In this document: positions 36,832 to 45,831 of the stretch, one piece after another
Layout of the letters: each line of letters opens with the position of its first letter
How positions within the stretch are numbered: position 1 is the first letter of the stretch
Notes under the pieces: model-generated
What the model was told of the DNA's origin: nothing
The model's database searches: none
What the model saw: the letters and a program-made list of their open reading frames with translations, nothing else
Origin: a virus
Taxonomy: Duplodnaviria; Caudoviricetes
DNA: 52,764 bases
Virus record (IMG/VR): IMGVR_UViG_3300036851_000303
Span: 1-52,764 of that record
Strand: one strand, 5' to 3'
Position numbers and translations under genes: made by a program

Positions 36832-37673
36832 TCGAATCGACCGTCCAGTACATGGACAAGCTCGCAGGGCGGATGCGACCAAATGAACATCCCATGACCT
36901 CGGGGATGGTGTACGGCGAGCAGGCGAAGTACGTCTCGTGGCAGATCCCCGACAAGAAGTTCTCGTCGATCGAGCTGATGCAGATTACCGATGTGCAGTT
37001 TGGGCACGTTACCACCAAATACGATCGCGTGATCGAGTACAGGGATTGGGTGCTCGCAAAACCCAATCGCTTTATGTTTTGGACAGGGGACAATGTCGAC
37101 GCGTGGGCTCTCTGGTCGCCAGGCCGCGCCTTCGACCAGATCGCTGATCCGCAGTCCCAGGTCTATAAGTTCTGCGAAGTGTGGGCGCCCGCGCGCCACC
37201 GCATCCTTGGGTACGTTGGCGGCAACCACGAGCGTCGGGCGATCCCCGCGTTTGGCGACCTCGGTACCCTCATCGCGACCCTGCTGAAGATCCCGTACTC
37301 CAACGGGCGGCAAATCATCGACATCTACTTCGGCAAACACCAACCGTTCCAGACGATGCTGTGGCACGGGGTCGGTGGCGCGCGCACCAAGGGAACAGTG
37401 GCGCAGATCCTCTCCCGGTTCATGGCGCACGGGAACGCGCACCTGTACCTCATGGGGCATGTGCATCAGCCCTTGGTGCTACCACTGTGGAAGGAGGTCG
37501 CGGACCCTGCTCGACACCGGGTGCAGTTGCGGAAGTCAATCGGGGTCGTGGGTAGCTCGTTCATGGAGACGTGGAACAGCTACGGCGAGATTTCGGGGTA
37601 TGGCGCGAGCGACGTACTGATGGGGAACGCGCGGTTGGAGAACACCGGTAAATGGGAGGTAAGCCTCCGATGA
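36771..37673 (+). CDS. calcineurin-like metallophosphoesterase
   Basis: TDVQFG, GDNVD, GNHE, WHG, GHVH motifs. Confidence 0.85.
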   Translation: MASTQLRTTKKTGNKRFEDLIESTVQYMDKLAGRMRPNEHPMTSGMVYGEQAKYVSWQIPDKKFSSIELMQITDVQFGHVTTKYDRVIEYRDWVLAKPNRFMFWTGDNVDAWALWSPGRAFDQIADPQSQVYKFCEVWAPARHRILGYVGGNHERRAIPAFGDLGTLIATLLKIPYSNGRQIIDIYFGKHQPFQTMLWHGVGGARTKGTVAQILSRFMAHGNAHLYLMGHVHQPLVLPLWKEVADPARHRVQLRKSIGVVGSSFMETWNSYGEISGYGASDVLMGNARLENTGKWEVSLR

Positions 37674-38017
37674 GGTATCTCCCCACATCACTCTTCCTGT
37701 TGGCGCTCCTCGCGACGCCTGCCGCGGCGCAGACCATTGACGCCGGCTCCGAGGTCGGCCGCGTGTTCAACGTCGCCGACGGTACCTACGTCCGTGCCGT
37801 ATCCCTTAATCTCACGATCGCGTTCGGCGACGTCTACATCTCCTCGACCAACTACTTCGAGAACGGCTCCCGCTGGTTCGAGCACGACTTGATGTGGGGG
37901 TGGGAGAAGACTCGGGGGCGCGTTACCTTCTCCGCCTCTGGCGGGTACTTCATCTGGCGGTACGGCATCAAGGATTGGTCCGGGTCGCTTGGGTTCCGTG
38001 TGCGCCTCCGTGAATGA
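37670..38017 (+). CDS. secreted beta-strand protein (outer-membrane-like)
   Basis: Signal peptide LFLLALLATPAAA-Q; amphipathic aromatic strands. Confidence 0.65.
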   Translation: MRYLPTSLFLLALLATPAAAQTIDAGSEVGRVFNVADGTYVRAVSLNLTIAFGDVYISSTNYFENGSRWFEHDLMWGWEKTRGRVTFSASGGYFIWRYGIKDWSGSLGFRVRLRE

Positions 38018-38193
38018 CGAAGCGATTCTGCGACCGCTGTCTGAAGGATCTCCCGTCCGCCCCCGCAGACACGACGACGTTCATGCTGAAGGAAGGCGAC
38101 CAAACGTGGCGAGTGGTGGTCAGCGTTGCGCGAGAGCGCGATCTCTGCAAGCCATGCCGTAAGGAGATCATCACGAAGGGGCAACCAGCATGA
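38014..38193 (+). CDS. small zinc-finger protein (not in ORF track)
   Basis: MTKRFCDRC...DLCKPC; ATGA overlaps at both ends. Confidence 0.65.
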   Translation: MTKRFCDRCLKDLPSAPADTTTFMLKEGDQTWRVVVSVARERDLCKPCRKEIITKGQPA

Positions 38194-38747
38194 CGGATGG
38201 CGCCCTCGCGTGGATCGGCCAAGTCGTCGAGTGGTTCGGGCGGTTCATTCCGCGGTGGATCATCCTGAACACGACTGAGGGTGCGGTCGCCTTCGTCCGC
38301 GGTGCTCACCCGGTCGAACTCGGCCCCGGGGTGCATTGGTACTGGCCGGCGTGGACGGAGATCAAGGCGTGGGTCGTGGCGCGGCAGTCCATCAATCTGA
38401 CGACGCAGACGATCACGACGAAGGACGACAAGGTGCTCGCTGTCGGCGCGGTCATCGTGTTCCGAGTCACCGACGCGCTCACCCTGATCACGAAGACCTT
38501 TGATCCTGACGTGACGATTCGCGCGGTCGCAGCCGGGGCGATACACGCTGCCTGCTCGGGTGTCGAGTGGGCGGAGCTGAAGATGGCGAAAGACGACGGG
38601 AGCCTCGACACAATGCTGCGGCGAGAGCTGCAGCGGCGGCTCGGGCGACGGTTCGGTATCAAAGTGCTGGACGCGACGCTGACGGATTTCGCGCCGTGTC
38701 GAGTGCTGAAGGTGATTCAAACGACGGCATCGGATACGGAAAGTTAG
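38190..38747 (+). CDS. SPFH/band 7 domain protein
   Basis: LGPGVHWYWP, QTITTKDDK..V..VI.FRVTD, FGIKV. Confidence 0.85.
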   Translation: MTDGALAWIGQVVEWFGRFIPRWIILNTTEGAVAFVRGAHPVELGPGVHWYWPAWTEIKAWVVARQSINLTTQTITTKDDKVLAVGAVIVFRVTDALTLITKTFDPDVTIRAVAAGAIHAACSGVEWAELKMAKDDGSLDTMLRRELQRRLGRRFGIKVLDATLTDFAPCRVLKVIQTTASDTES

Positions 38748-38757
38748 AGGAGGACAA

Positions 38758-39126
38758 GTGATAAACGAGATCATCGAAGGGCTGCGGCAGGCGTTTCCCC
38801 ACGGACACCCGGATTTCCTGCCGACGACGGTGCGGGAGATGGAGTTGCACAGCCTGAAGAACCACGACTACGCGAAGGGTGGACACGCGCTCGGGAACTT
38901 CACCCGCGTCGCCGCGATCCTGGCGAACTACCCGAACCTGAAGCTCTCTGACCAGCGTGTCGTCGCGCTCGTGTACGCGCTGAAGCAACTCGACGCGGTC
39001 CTCTGGGGCCTGAACAGCAACATCCAGCACAAGGTCGAGGGGCTGAACGACCGACTGCAGGACATTTCTGTTTACTCGAAGATCGTCATGTGCATGAACA
39101 CGGAGGCGGCACGGGACCGTGGGTAA
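38758..39126 (+). CDS. nucleotide-modification-associated domain 1 (DUF1599/MazG-like) protein
   Basis: KNHDY..LGNF...EGLNDRLQDISVY pattern. Confidence 0.65.
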   Translation: MINEIIEGLRQAFPHGHPDFLPTTVREMELHSLKNHDYAKGGHALGNFTRVAAILANYPNLKLSDQRVVALVYALKQLDAVLWGLNSNIQHKVEGLNDRLQDISVYSKIVMCMNTEAARDRG

Positions 39127-39385
39127 CTGGCGCGAGTACGGCCAAATCTTCACGCGCGGCTTCACTATCGTCTTCCTGACTGCCACGAACGTCTACCAGG
39201 TGTCACACGCGCACTACCTCGGGGCGTTCGTCGTCGGGTTCCTGATCTCGGCGGTTTGGTGGAGCAACGCCCGCAAGAGCAACCGTTCTGAACTCCCGCT
39301 CGCGGGGCCGTGTTACGCGCTTGGGGCCGGGGCTGGAACGGTCGTCGGTATGGTCCTGTCGACCCTGTTCTACAATGGTCTGTAG
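39119..39385 (+). CDS. small multi-TM membrane protein
   Basis: Three hydrophobic segments in 88 aa. Confidence 0.7.
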   Translation: MGNWREYGQIFTRGFTIVFLTATNVYQVSHAHYLGAFVVGFLISAVWWSNARKSNRSELPLAGPCYALGAGAGTVVGMVLSTLFYNGL

Positions 39386-39419
39386 GGATGTCCGCTGGTA
39401 GGCAGGAACGAGCCTACCG

Positions 39420-39848
39420 GTGGTCCGCCTCGCCGCGATTCTGAGCCTCTCCCTCCACCTGATCGCGTGCGGCGCGACCCGAGCGCCAGGACCGCCCCCC
39501 GCCCCCACGCTCCCTGACGTTCCCCCGATCCGCGTCCGCGTTTACCCGCGCATCGGGATCCCGCCGATCGATCGCGTCAACATCCAGATCCTCATCGTCC
39601 GCCACCCCGACAACCGGAAGTACTGCCTTGAGGTCGACGGGCCGCACCTGTACTCCTCGTCGTGCGAGAACCTGTCGGGGATGACGGCGCCGTTCCTTTA
39701 CCCGCGATATGTGCTCGGGCTGGCGCAGGCGGGGAAGTACACCGTCACTGCGACGCTGTACCGCGCTCCCGATGTGGAGAAGCCGTACCGCGTCGCGTCG
39801 GATGTGGTGTACGCAGGGACGATGTCGCTGGCGGGGATTGCGGACTAG
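39420..39848 (+). CDS. putative lipoprotein
   Basis: Lipobox LIAC followed by a Pro-rich linker. Confidence 0.6.
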   Translation: MVRLAAILSLSLHLIACGATRAPGPPPAPTLPDVPPIRVRVYPRIGIPPIDRVNIQILIVRHPDNRKYCLEVDGPHLYSSSCENLSGMTAPFLYPRYVLGLAQAGKYTVTATLYRAPDVEKPYRVASDVVYAGTMSLAGIAD

Positions 39849-39851
39849 GGG

Positions 39852-40121
39852 CTAGTCGTCGTTCATTACGGTGCCGCCTGTATCGGTTACGCGCTTTGGC
39901 GTAGCGGTTGTTGTGGTAACGGGATCTCCGCCGCACGCAACGGTCTTGCGATAATCGAAGTACCCACACGTCGAACAGCGGAACTCTAGCCCCTCGACGT
40001 GCGGAAGGTTGTCGGACGTATGCGGCCACGTCCCCGGAAGAGTGAGCCACGAGTTGTAGTAACGAACGTACTTCGGCCCCTCCCACTTACCGCCGCCGCA
40101 CTTCGGACACTGCTTACTCAC
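39852..40121 (-). CDS. zinc-ribbon protein
   Basis: CPKCG..CSTCG; last gene of the leftward arm. Confidence 0.65.
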   Translation of the reverse strand: MSKQCPKCGGGKWEGPKYVRYYNSWLTLPGTWPHTSDNLPHVEGLEFRCSTCGYFDYRKTVACGGDPVTTTTATPKRVTDTGGTVMNDD

Positions 40122-40432
40122 GACTGCTGCCCAACCTCTCTAACGTCAACGCGCGGGAAGTGAACTGTGCGTTTCGATCGCGCGATCGTAGTGGGGTCTA
40201 CACCGTTCTCAATGAGCAACGTATCGTCAATGAATGTTCGACTGCCCATGCCTACTGTGACACTCCACTTATCTACTCGGCCTTTCTCAATGCCGTGAGC
40301 AACGAAAAGAGCGCCGATTTCGTTGTTAAGTTCGTCAATACGTGCCTCGGCGGTGTTACGTTCTGCGGTTCTCCGCTGGCGCTCGGTGACGAGCGGGTGG
40401 AGCTGCGCGTAGAGTTCGGGATCAAGTGACAC
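40118..40432 (-). CDS. coiled-coil hypothetical protein
   Basis: GTG 40432 after GGAGG. Confidence 0.6.
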   Translation of the reverse strand: MSLDPELYAQLHPLVTERQRRTAERNTAEARIDELNNEIGALFVAHGIEKGRVDKWSVTVGMGSRTFIDDTLLIENGVDPTTIARSKRTVHFPRVDVREVGQQS

Positions 40433-40827
40433 TAGACTTCCCTCCAATCGAAAGCGCGGTCCTCGTCGCTGTACGTCGGGGGCACCACCACTTTTTGAAA
40501 CACGATGATCGGAAAGTAGTACCACGCCTCAAACCGGTGAAACTTGTACTCGGGTCCAGTTAGGGCACGGACCAGAATCGTGCCATCTTCGTCAACCCAC
40601 TTCGCTTCACGCGGGTATCCGCTCCGAGTGTTGCCACCGACTTTGAACTCGATTCCAAGGCGGGACAATTCGTCTCGGGCGATCTCTTCGGCGCGCGGCG
40701 TGAGGAACTGCCTGAGTACCTCGGGTTCGCGGTAGCTTGTTACCTGCTCTCCCGAGATTTCGACTTTGACCATGACCTTCTGACATCCGGGGAACCAGCA
40801 CACGTACCACTTCAAGTTCAAGTTCAT
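40432..40827 (-). CDS. hypothetical protein
   Basis: AAGGAG RBS, MNLNLKWY... Confidence 0.65.
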   Translation of the reverse strand: MNLNLKWYVCWFPGCQKVMVKVEISGEQVTSYREPEVLRQFLTPRAEEIARDELSRLGIEFKVGGNTRSGYPREAKWVDEDGTILVRALTGPEYKFHRFEAWYYFPIIVFQKVVVPPTYSDEDRAFDWREV

Positions 40828-40979
40828 TTCTCCTTCCGCAGTCGCCGAATAAGTGCTCGTTGCTCGTTGATCGTTGCCAAGAGGCGCACGAGCACGGAAA
40901 CCGCTACCCACTGTGACTCACTCTGTTTCGTGGCAACGATTTTCTCGGCAACTGCTTCCGCCAATTTCCGTGAAATCAC
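40824..40979 (-). CDS. small hypothetical protein
   Basis: GTGA overlap with the pol stop. Confidence 0.5.
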   Translation of the reverse strand: MISRKLAEAVAEKIVATKQSESQWVAVSVLVRLLATINEQRALIRRLRKEK

Positions 40980-42256
40980 ACTTCCCCCCACGTTTGGCCC
41001 TGGCTGGAGCCAGAGCACGTAATCGGTACCGCGAACATCTGGTACTCCGCGAGCGCCTCCTTGATTTCCATATCCAAGATGTCGTACGCCCACGTCTCGA
41101 ACTCGAACAGCAGTGCGTCGTGCGTGGGCAGCAGCAACTCTACCCAGATCCCCGCGGCACGCATTTTCTCGATCCGCTGCCACACGCTCCCCATCCATAG
41201 CCGGAAGATGTCGGCCGCCCCTGACTGAATCGGCGTCGCCTGGGCTTGGCGGAGTGCCTCCGCCTGTATCTGCTCGTTCGGGCTGTTCGCGGCCGGGAGC
41301 CAGCGACGGCGTCCCCGCCAGTTGGTGACGTAGCCGTACCGCTTTGCCTCTAGGTGCTTGCCCTCGATGTACTGCGCGCACCCCGGGTATCCCTTCATCC
41401 ACTCGTCGATGAAGGCGTCGCACGCTTCTACTGTCGTCTGCATTCCGTTCTTGAGGAGCTGGCCGGCGAGTCCGTTCCCGGTGATCCCCATGAGGATCCC
41501 GAAGTTGACGGCCTTGGCCGTGAACCGTTCGTGCTTGGTGATGTCGTCGATGGGCTTCTTGTAGATAACGTTTGCCGCAGTGGCTTTGTGCTTGTCGACC
41601 CCGGAGTTGATCTCGGCGATCATCAGCTCATCGCCTGAGTCGAACGCCATCACCTTCATCTCGACTTGGTCTAAGTCCCACTCGGCGAGACAATGACCAT
41701 CTGCGGGCACGAACCCATGCCTGACAAGCAGCCCAAGATCCGAATGTTTAGGGAACGCCAGAACATTAGGGTCTTTTGCCGCGAGGCGTCCTGTATCAGT
41801 CCGTGTGTACAGGATGCGCGCGTGAAGTCGACCATCGGTGCCGAGCAGTTCGAGCATGGGGTCCGCATAACGAGTCTTGAGGGTGTCGATCTCCCGCCGC
41901 TTGAGGATCTTGTCGATCGCGCCTTTGACTTCGGGGCGCGTCTTCGGGTCTTTACTGATGGCTTCAAGGTATTTGTCCTGTGTTGACCCCCGCCCCGTCT
42001 GCGTGCGCTTCTTCGCCCGCGCGTGGAGCTGGCGGTAGATCCAATCCGCGACCTGATCGCTGCTCCCGGGGTTCTCGGGGCCGCCCATCGCGTGGATCTC
42101 GGTGTCGAGGTCGGAGCGGAGGTCGCCAAGGTAGACGGAGAGGTCGCGGAAGTGGGCGAGATCGGCGAGGAGTCCTACGTCCTCCATGCGGCGGATGATC
42201 GGGAGGAGGCCCGCGTCGGATTCGGCGAGAGACCACGGGAGGCGGGGGACGCTCAA
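40976..42256 (-). CDS. polA: DNA polymerase family A, polymerase-domain gene
   Basis: TGRL, motif A DLDQVEMK, motif B RFTAKAVNFGILMG, QSGAAD, motif C THDALL. TTG start after AGGGAG overlaps the upstream TGA. Confidence 0.9.
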   Translation of the reverse strand: MSVPRLPWSLAESDAGLLPIIRRMEDVGLLADLAHFRDLSVYLGDLRSDLDTEIHAMGGPENPGSSDQVADWIYRQLHARAKKRTQTGRGSTQDKYLEAISKDPKTRPEVKGAIDKILKRREIDTLKTRYADPMLELLGTDGRLHARILYTRTDTGRLAAKDPNVLAFPKHSDLGLLVRHGFVPADGHCLAEWDLDQVEMKVMAFDSGDELMIAEINSGVDKHKATAANVIYKKPIDDITKHERFTAKAVNFGILMGITGNGLAGQLLKNGMQTTVEACDAFIDEWMKGYPGCAQYIEGKHLEAKRYGYVTNWRGRRRWLPAANSPNEQIQAEALRQAQATPIQSGAADIFRLWMGSVWQRIEKMRAAGIWVELLLPTHDALLFEFETWAYDILDMEIKEALAEYQMFAVPITCSGSSQGQTWGEV

Positions 42257-43491
42257 TCGAAGCACTCCCTCAGCTTGAAGAACACCCTCCGCGTCGCGTC
42301 CGCGTCCGCACACGCGTAGGAGAGCACGTCCTCGAACGGCACATCGTCGAGCGTTGCGACCGGCATCTCGTACGGGCCAACCGCCTCATGAATCCCAGGT
42401 TGCTGGTCTCCCCAGAGCGCCCGCGGTCCTCGGGGCGACTTCAGACACCGCTGCACCGCTTTCCACACGGGGTGCTTCTTCTCTTTCGGGTGCGCGGGGG
42501 AGAATAGATCCTCAATTTGTTCGAGGAACGATGCCGCGAGCCGCTCGTTCGCCGGCCCCACCAGATCCTCGTAGTCCCGCATCCGCATCCCGCACAGCCG
42601 GTACGCCAGGGTCTTGAGCCCCTGCGGGAGCCGGCCGGCGAGATACGCGAGCTGCATCGTGTCGAGGACTTGTACGCGGCTCGGGTCGATGTGGACGCCC
42701 ATCGCATCGAGGACGCGGAGATCGTGGGGGGCGTAGTGCATGACGACGGTGGGGCGGTACTCGTCAATCGACCGCTGAAAGCACGCGAGGCTCTTGGGCG
42801 ACGTGGCACGAATCAGGGTAGCGTGCCGCATGTGCCCCGAGAACGTCAGGCACCACGGGTGCTCGACGCTACCCTCGGTGTCGATGGTGACGACGCCGTC
42901 CGCGAACTGCGGGTGACGATCAATCAGTCCGGCGTCGCTCTGCCACGAGTAATAGACGGGGCCGGTGTCGACCGTGTGCAGCGCGAGGTCGCCCCGCAGG
43001 TACCGCGCCAACGCTTCAAAGTCCCGCACCGTCAGCGCGTAGAACTCGGGCTGATGAAGCCCCGCCGCTGGGTGATGCACCGGCACCACCGTCCCTTCCC
43101 ACCGCGCACCCTGGTACTCCACCGAGGCGTGGTGTGGTAGTCCCCCGCACAGCTCCATGCTGGCCCACGGGCCGAGGAAGTAGCGGGTACTAATCAGCCC
43201 GAGGGGAACGATGACCTCCGGCCCCGCCCCGACGATCTCGCCCCAGAGGTCCGCGAGGTCGCGCTCGATCTCCTCCGGTTTGGGGTCGCGGTTGTTCGGG
43301 GGGCGCTCGCGACAGACGTTGGTGATGAAGACGTCGTCGCGCTCCAAGCGGCATGTGCGGCGGAGCCAGTAGTCCAGCTCGTTGCCGGCTTTGCCGACGA
43401 AGGGGATGCCGCGCTTGGCCTTTTCCTCGCCAGGCGCTTCTCCAACGAGCATCACGCGGGCCATTGGGTTGCCGACGCCGTCAACCCTCAT
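42253..43491 (-). CDS. uracil-DNA glycosylase (family 4-like) fused to 3'-5' exonuclease (N-terminal half of polA)
   Basis: [23 protein letters not shown]; ExoI IDTEG, ExoII HYAPHD, ExoIII YACAD. Confidence 0.9.
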   Translation of the reverse strand: MRVDGVGNPMARVMLVGEAPGEEKAKRGIPFVGKAGNELDYWLRRTCRLERDDVFITNVCRERPPNNRDPKPEEIERDLADLWGEIVGAGPEVIVPLGLISTRYFLGPWASMELCGGLPHHASVEYQGARWEGTVVPVHHPAAGLHQPEFYALTVRDFEALARYLRGDLALHTVDTGPVYYSWQSDAGLIDRHPQFADGVVTIDTEGSVEHPWCLTFSGHMRHATLIRATSPKSLACFQRSIDEYRPTVVMHYAPHDLRVLDAMGVHIDPSRVQVLDTMQLAYLAGRLPQGLKTLAYRLCGMRMRDYEDLVGPANERLAASFLEQIEDLFSPAHPKEKKHPVWKAVQRCLKSPRGPRALWGDQQPGIHEAVGPYEMPVATLDDVPFEDVLSYACADADATRRVFFKLRECFD

Positions 43492-43678
43492 TGATCAACT
43501 CGCGAAGCTCGCGCGCTAGGCGCGACAGCTTGGCTCGGGTTTCAAGAATGCGGTTCTGGTCACGACGGTTGAACGTCTGGCACGCGTGGACGTACAGTTC
43601 CTCGGCCTCGGTATCGAGTGCCTGTGCGGCAGCGCGCACCGGCTTTCGCAGGTACTCAACGCGCACGCGGGACCACAT
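43481..43678 (-). CDS. small hypothetical protein
   Basis: Operon packing. Confidence 0.5.
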   Translation of the reverse strand: MWSRVRVEYLRKPVRAAAQALDTEAEELYVHACQTFNRRDQNRILETRAKLSRLARELRELINEG

Positions 43679-44216
43679 GAACGTCGGACGGGATACCGTC
43701 CTTGATCCACACCATCCACGCGCACGTCACCGAATCGGTCTTCCCGTTGCCCGTGAAGGAGATCCGGGGAAGGACAACTAGGTGCGTCGGTGGAAAGGTG
43801 TGCAAGAACTCAGCGCGGTTCGCGACCGGTTCAAGGAACGAGAGCCGTAGGAGCATCGCGACGCCGAGCCGCGCGTGTTCGTACGCGAGGGGGACGATCT
43901 GATGCGCGCGAGAGAACGGTGGGTTCGAGACAGCCCAATCGAAGACACGCGGTACGTCGCCCGATCGCGGGTCGTATAGCCCGAGCTGCCACCACTGCAC
44001 GTCGGCCGCGTCCTCGTGTGTGTCAGCCGGCATTGCGGGGTCGATGTCGTTCGTCGCGACGTCGCATCCGTGGCAGATCAGCGGAACTGCGATATTCCCT
44101 GAGCCGGCGCACGGCTCCAGTACGCGATGATGTGGGGAGATGGGTACGCGTTTCAGCAGTTCCGCGACCGCACTCTCAGGCGTGAAGTACTGGTCGTGCT
44201 TCCTACGTGGCGACAT
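43656..44216 (-). CDS. amino-DNA methyltransferase (NPPF)
   Basis: DQYFTP, LEPCAGSG (SAM binding), NPPF, LLRLSFLE. Confidence 0.9.
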   Translation of the reverse strand: MSPRRKHDQYFTPESAVAELLKRVPISPHHRVLEPCAGSGNIAVPLICHGCDVATNDIDPAMPADTHEDAADVQWWQLGLYDPRSGDVPRVFDWAVSNPPFSRAHQIVPLAYEHARLGVAMLLRLSFLEPVANRAEFLHTFPPTHLVVLPRISFTGNGKTDSVTCAWMVWIKDGIPSDVHVVPRAR

Positions 44217-44466
44217 CGACGACGACCCCCTTCCCGACTTGCTGGTACACCGCGAGGTCCGTCTCTCGGGTCGGGGCGAACGTCCCATCCGCCAACACGT
44301 AATGGCAGTGCAGCTCGGCGTCTACCACATGCATGTCAACCCGATCGTGGTATGTCACCCGCCGTGGTCGCCTCACCGCTAGCCGCTCGGTATACGTCTG
44401 CGGCGGCGGGAACGGCACCTCCACCTCCCGACTCTTGCCCTTGGCGTCCAGCAGGATCGCGCGCAT
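44203..44466 (-). CDS. hypothetical protein
   Basis: MRAILLDAKG..., operon packing. Confidence 0.5.
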   Translation of the reverse strand: MRAILLDAKGKSREVEVPFPPPQTYTERLAVRRPRRVTYHDRVDMHVVDAELHCHYVLADGTFAPTRETDLAVYQQVGKGVVVDVAT

Positions 44467-44471
44467 CGGGC

Positions 44472-44897
44472 TCACGCGGCCTGCTCGACGGGGCGGCGCC
44501 GCCGGTGCTCGATGTAGAACGGCAGGATCATCTCGAACGTCTTCGGGTCGAACGCGTGGCGCGCGACCGGGATCCCCTCGTCGTGCAGCAGGCGCATCAT
44601 CGCCCACGCACCAGACGGATTCCACGAATGCACAATCGCGTGAGTCTGGGTGTCGATGCGGTCGCGGACACGGAGGAGGAACTGGTAGCCGGTATTGGGG
44701 TCATGGCTCTCAACGTAGGTGCGTCCCCCGAGATCGTGGTCGAGCAGGAGGAGGTCGTACGGTGGGGCGAAGATAAAGAGCGCAGAGTCGGCATCTGTCG
44801 CCAGATGGATCTCGTCCGTGTCTCCGATGTGTTCAGACAGGGTACGGAGGAAGAACCCAATACGGACGGGGTCGTCTTCGAGGATGAAAATTCTCAT
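44472..44897 (-). CDS. cyclic-phosphate processing receiver (REC-like) domain protein
   Basis: IFILEDD, LDHDLGG, TGY, VHSWNP signature. Confidence 0.8.
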   Translation of the reverse strand: MRIFILEDDPVRIGFFLRTLSEHIGDTDEIHLATDADSALFIFAPPYDLLLLDHDLGGRTYVESHDPNTGYQFLLRVRDRIDTQTHAIVHSWNPSGAWAMMRLLHDEGIPVARHAFDPKTFEMILPFYIEHRRRRPVEQAA

Positions 44898-45109
44898 TGC
44901 ACCAGGCCCAGCCGCTGAGTGGCTTGGTTCATGTAGATCGCGATCTCGCGAAGTACGTCGTAACGCCCACGGTCGTACTCGCCTGCACGCGAACTCGGAA
45001 CCAACTGTGTACGGAGCTGCGAGAGCTTGTTCTCCAGCGTGGTACGAAATTCGTTGTGCGCTCGGGCGGCGCGCAACATCTGCGGTATGTCGTCAACGTC
45101 TATGGTCAT
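44894..45109 (-). CDS. small hypothetical protein
   Basis: ATGA overlaps on both sides. Confidence 0.55.
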   Translation of the reverse strand: MTIDVDDIPQMLRAARAHNEFRTTLENKLSQLRTQLVPSSRAGEYDRGRYDVLREIAIYMNQATQRLGLVQ

Positions 45110-45831
45110 TCGCGTCCTATCGCCTCGGTGATTCGGGAGGCAAGTGTCTTGCCGATCCCCTTCACTCCGAGCCACGTTTTCACATCGGCGTTGATCATTT
45201 CGAGCGTGCTCCCGAACGCTGCGGCAACTGCCTCGCTCCGGTCGTGCCCTACCCCTGGCAATTCAGCGGCAATACGACGGCGAAGGGGAGGGGGTACGAG
45301 GAAAGCTGTATCCGGTCCCCGGTGGAGAGCAAGATGTGAGCGGTGCTTGTCCCAGGCTTTGTCGTTCCACCACCCGTACAAATCGGCGACGACGCGGGCG
45401 GTTTCCTCGCGGGAGTAGGTACGTCGGACACGGACGCCTGCCTTTACTTCGAGAGTGGTGAGGTAGTTCGAGACTTCGCGGTACATGAACCGCCGCCGGC
45501 CGAGTTCGAGCGGTCCCCACTCGCGACCCCGGGGGATTTCGAGTACTCCATCATCGCCAGGGCGCCAGAGCCCCTCGACGATCAACCAGACGTGGTCGTA
45601 CTGGCGGAGGAGTCCGGGGAGCTGGTGTCCCGAGAGGCGCTCGACGTTCAGGAGGTCACGGAGCTTCTTGATCTCGACGCCGATGGAGAGGGAGTTCTCG
45701 CCCTCAGGGCCGTGACCGAAGAAGGCGCAGTCGGCGAAGTCGATCCTGGGGATGACCTCGACGGTCAGGCCGAGACGCTGGAGCAGGGGTTCGAGATCCC
45801 CGGAGCCTACTCGGGCGTCGAGGTAGAGCAC
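45106..45831 (-). CDS. ERCC4/XPF-family nuclease with tandem HhH
   Basis: D.R, ADC, VEIKK..DL, LIVEG; LPGVG and VKGIG HhH motifs. Confidence 0.85.
   Translation of the reverse strand: MLYLDARVGSGDLEPLLQRLGLTVEVIPRIDFADCAFFGHGPEGENSLSIGVEIKKLRDLLNVERLSGHQLPGLLRQYDHVWLIVEGLWRPGDDGVLEIPRGREWGPLELGRRRFMYREVSNYLTTLEVKAGVRVRRTYSREETARVVADLYGWWNDKAWDKHRSHLALHRGPDTAFLVPPPLRRRIAAELPGVGHDRSEAVAAAFGSTLEMINADVKTWLGVKGIGKTLASRITEAIGRE

Noticed and set aside
40976-43491. Intron or intein splitting the polymerase
   Set aside because: The two ORFs overlap directly with no intervening sequence or splicing motifs.
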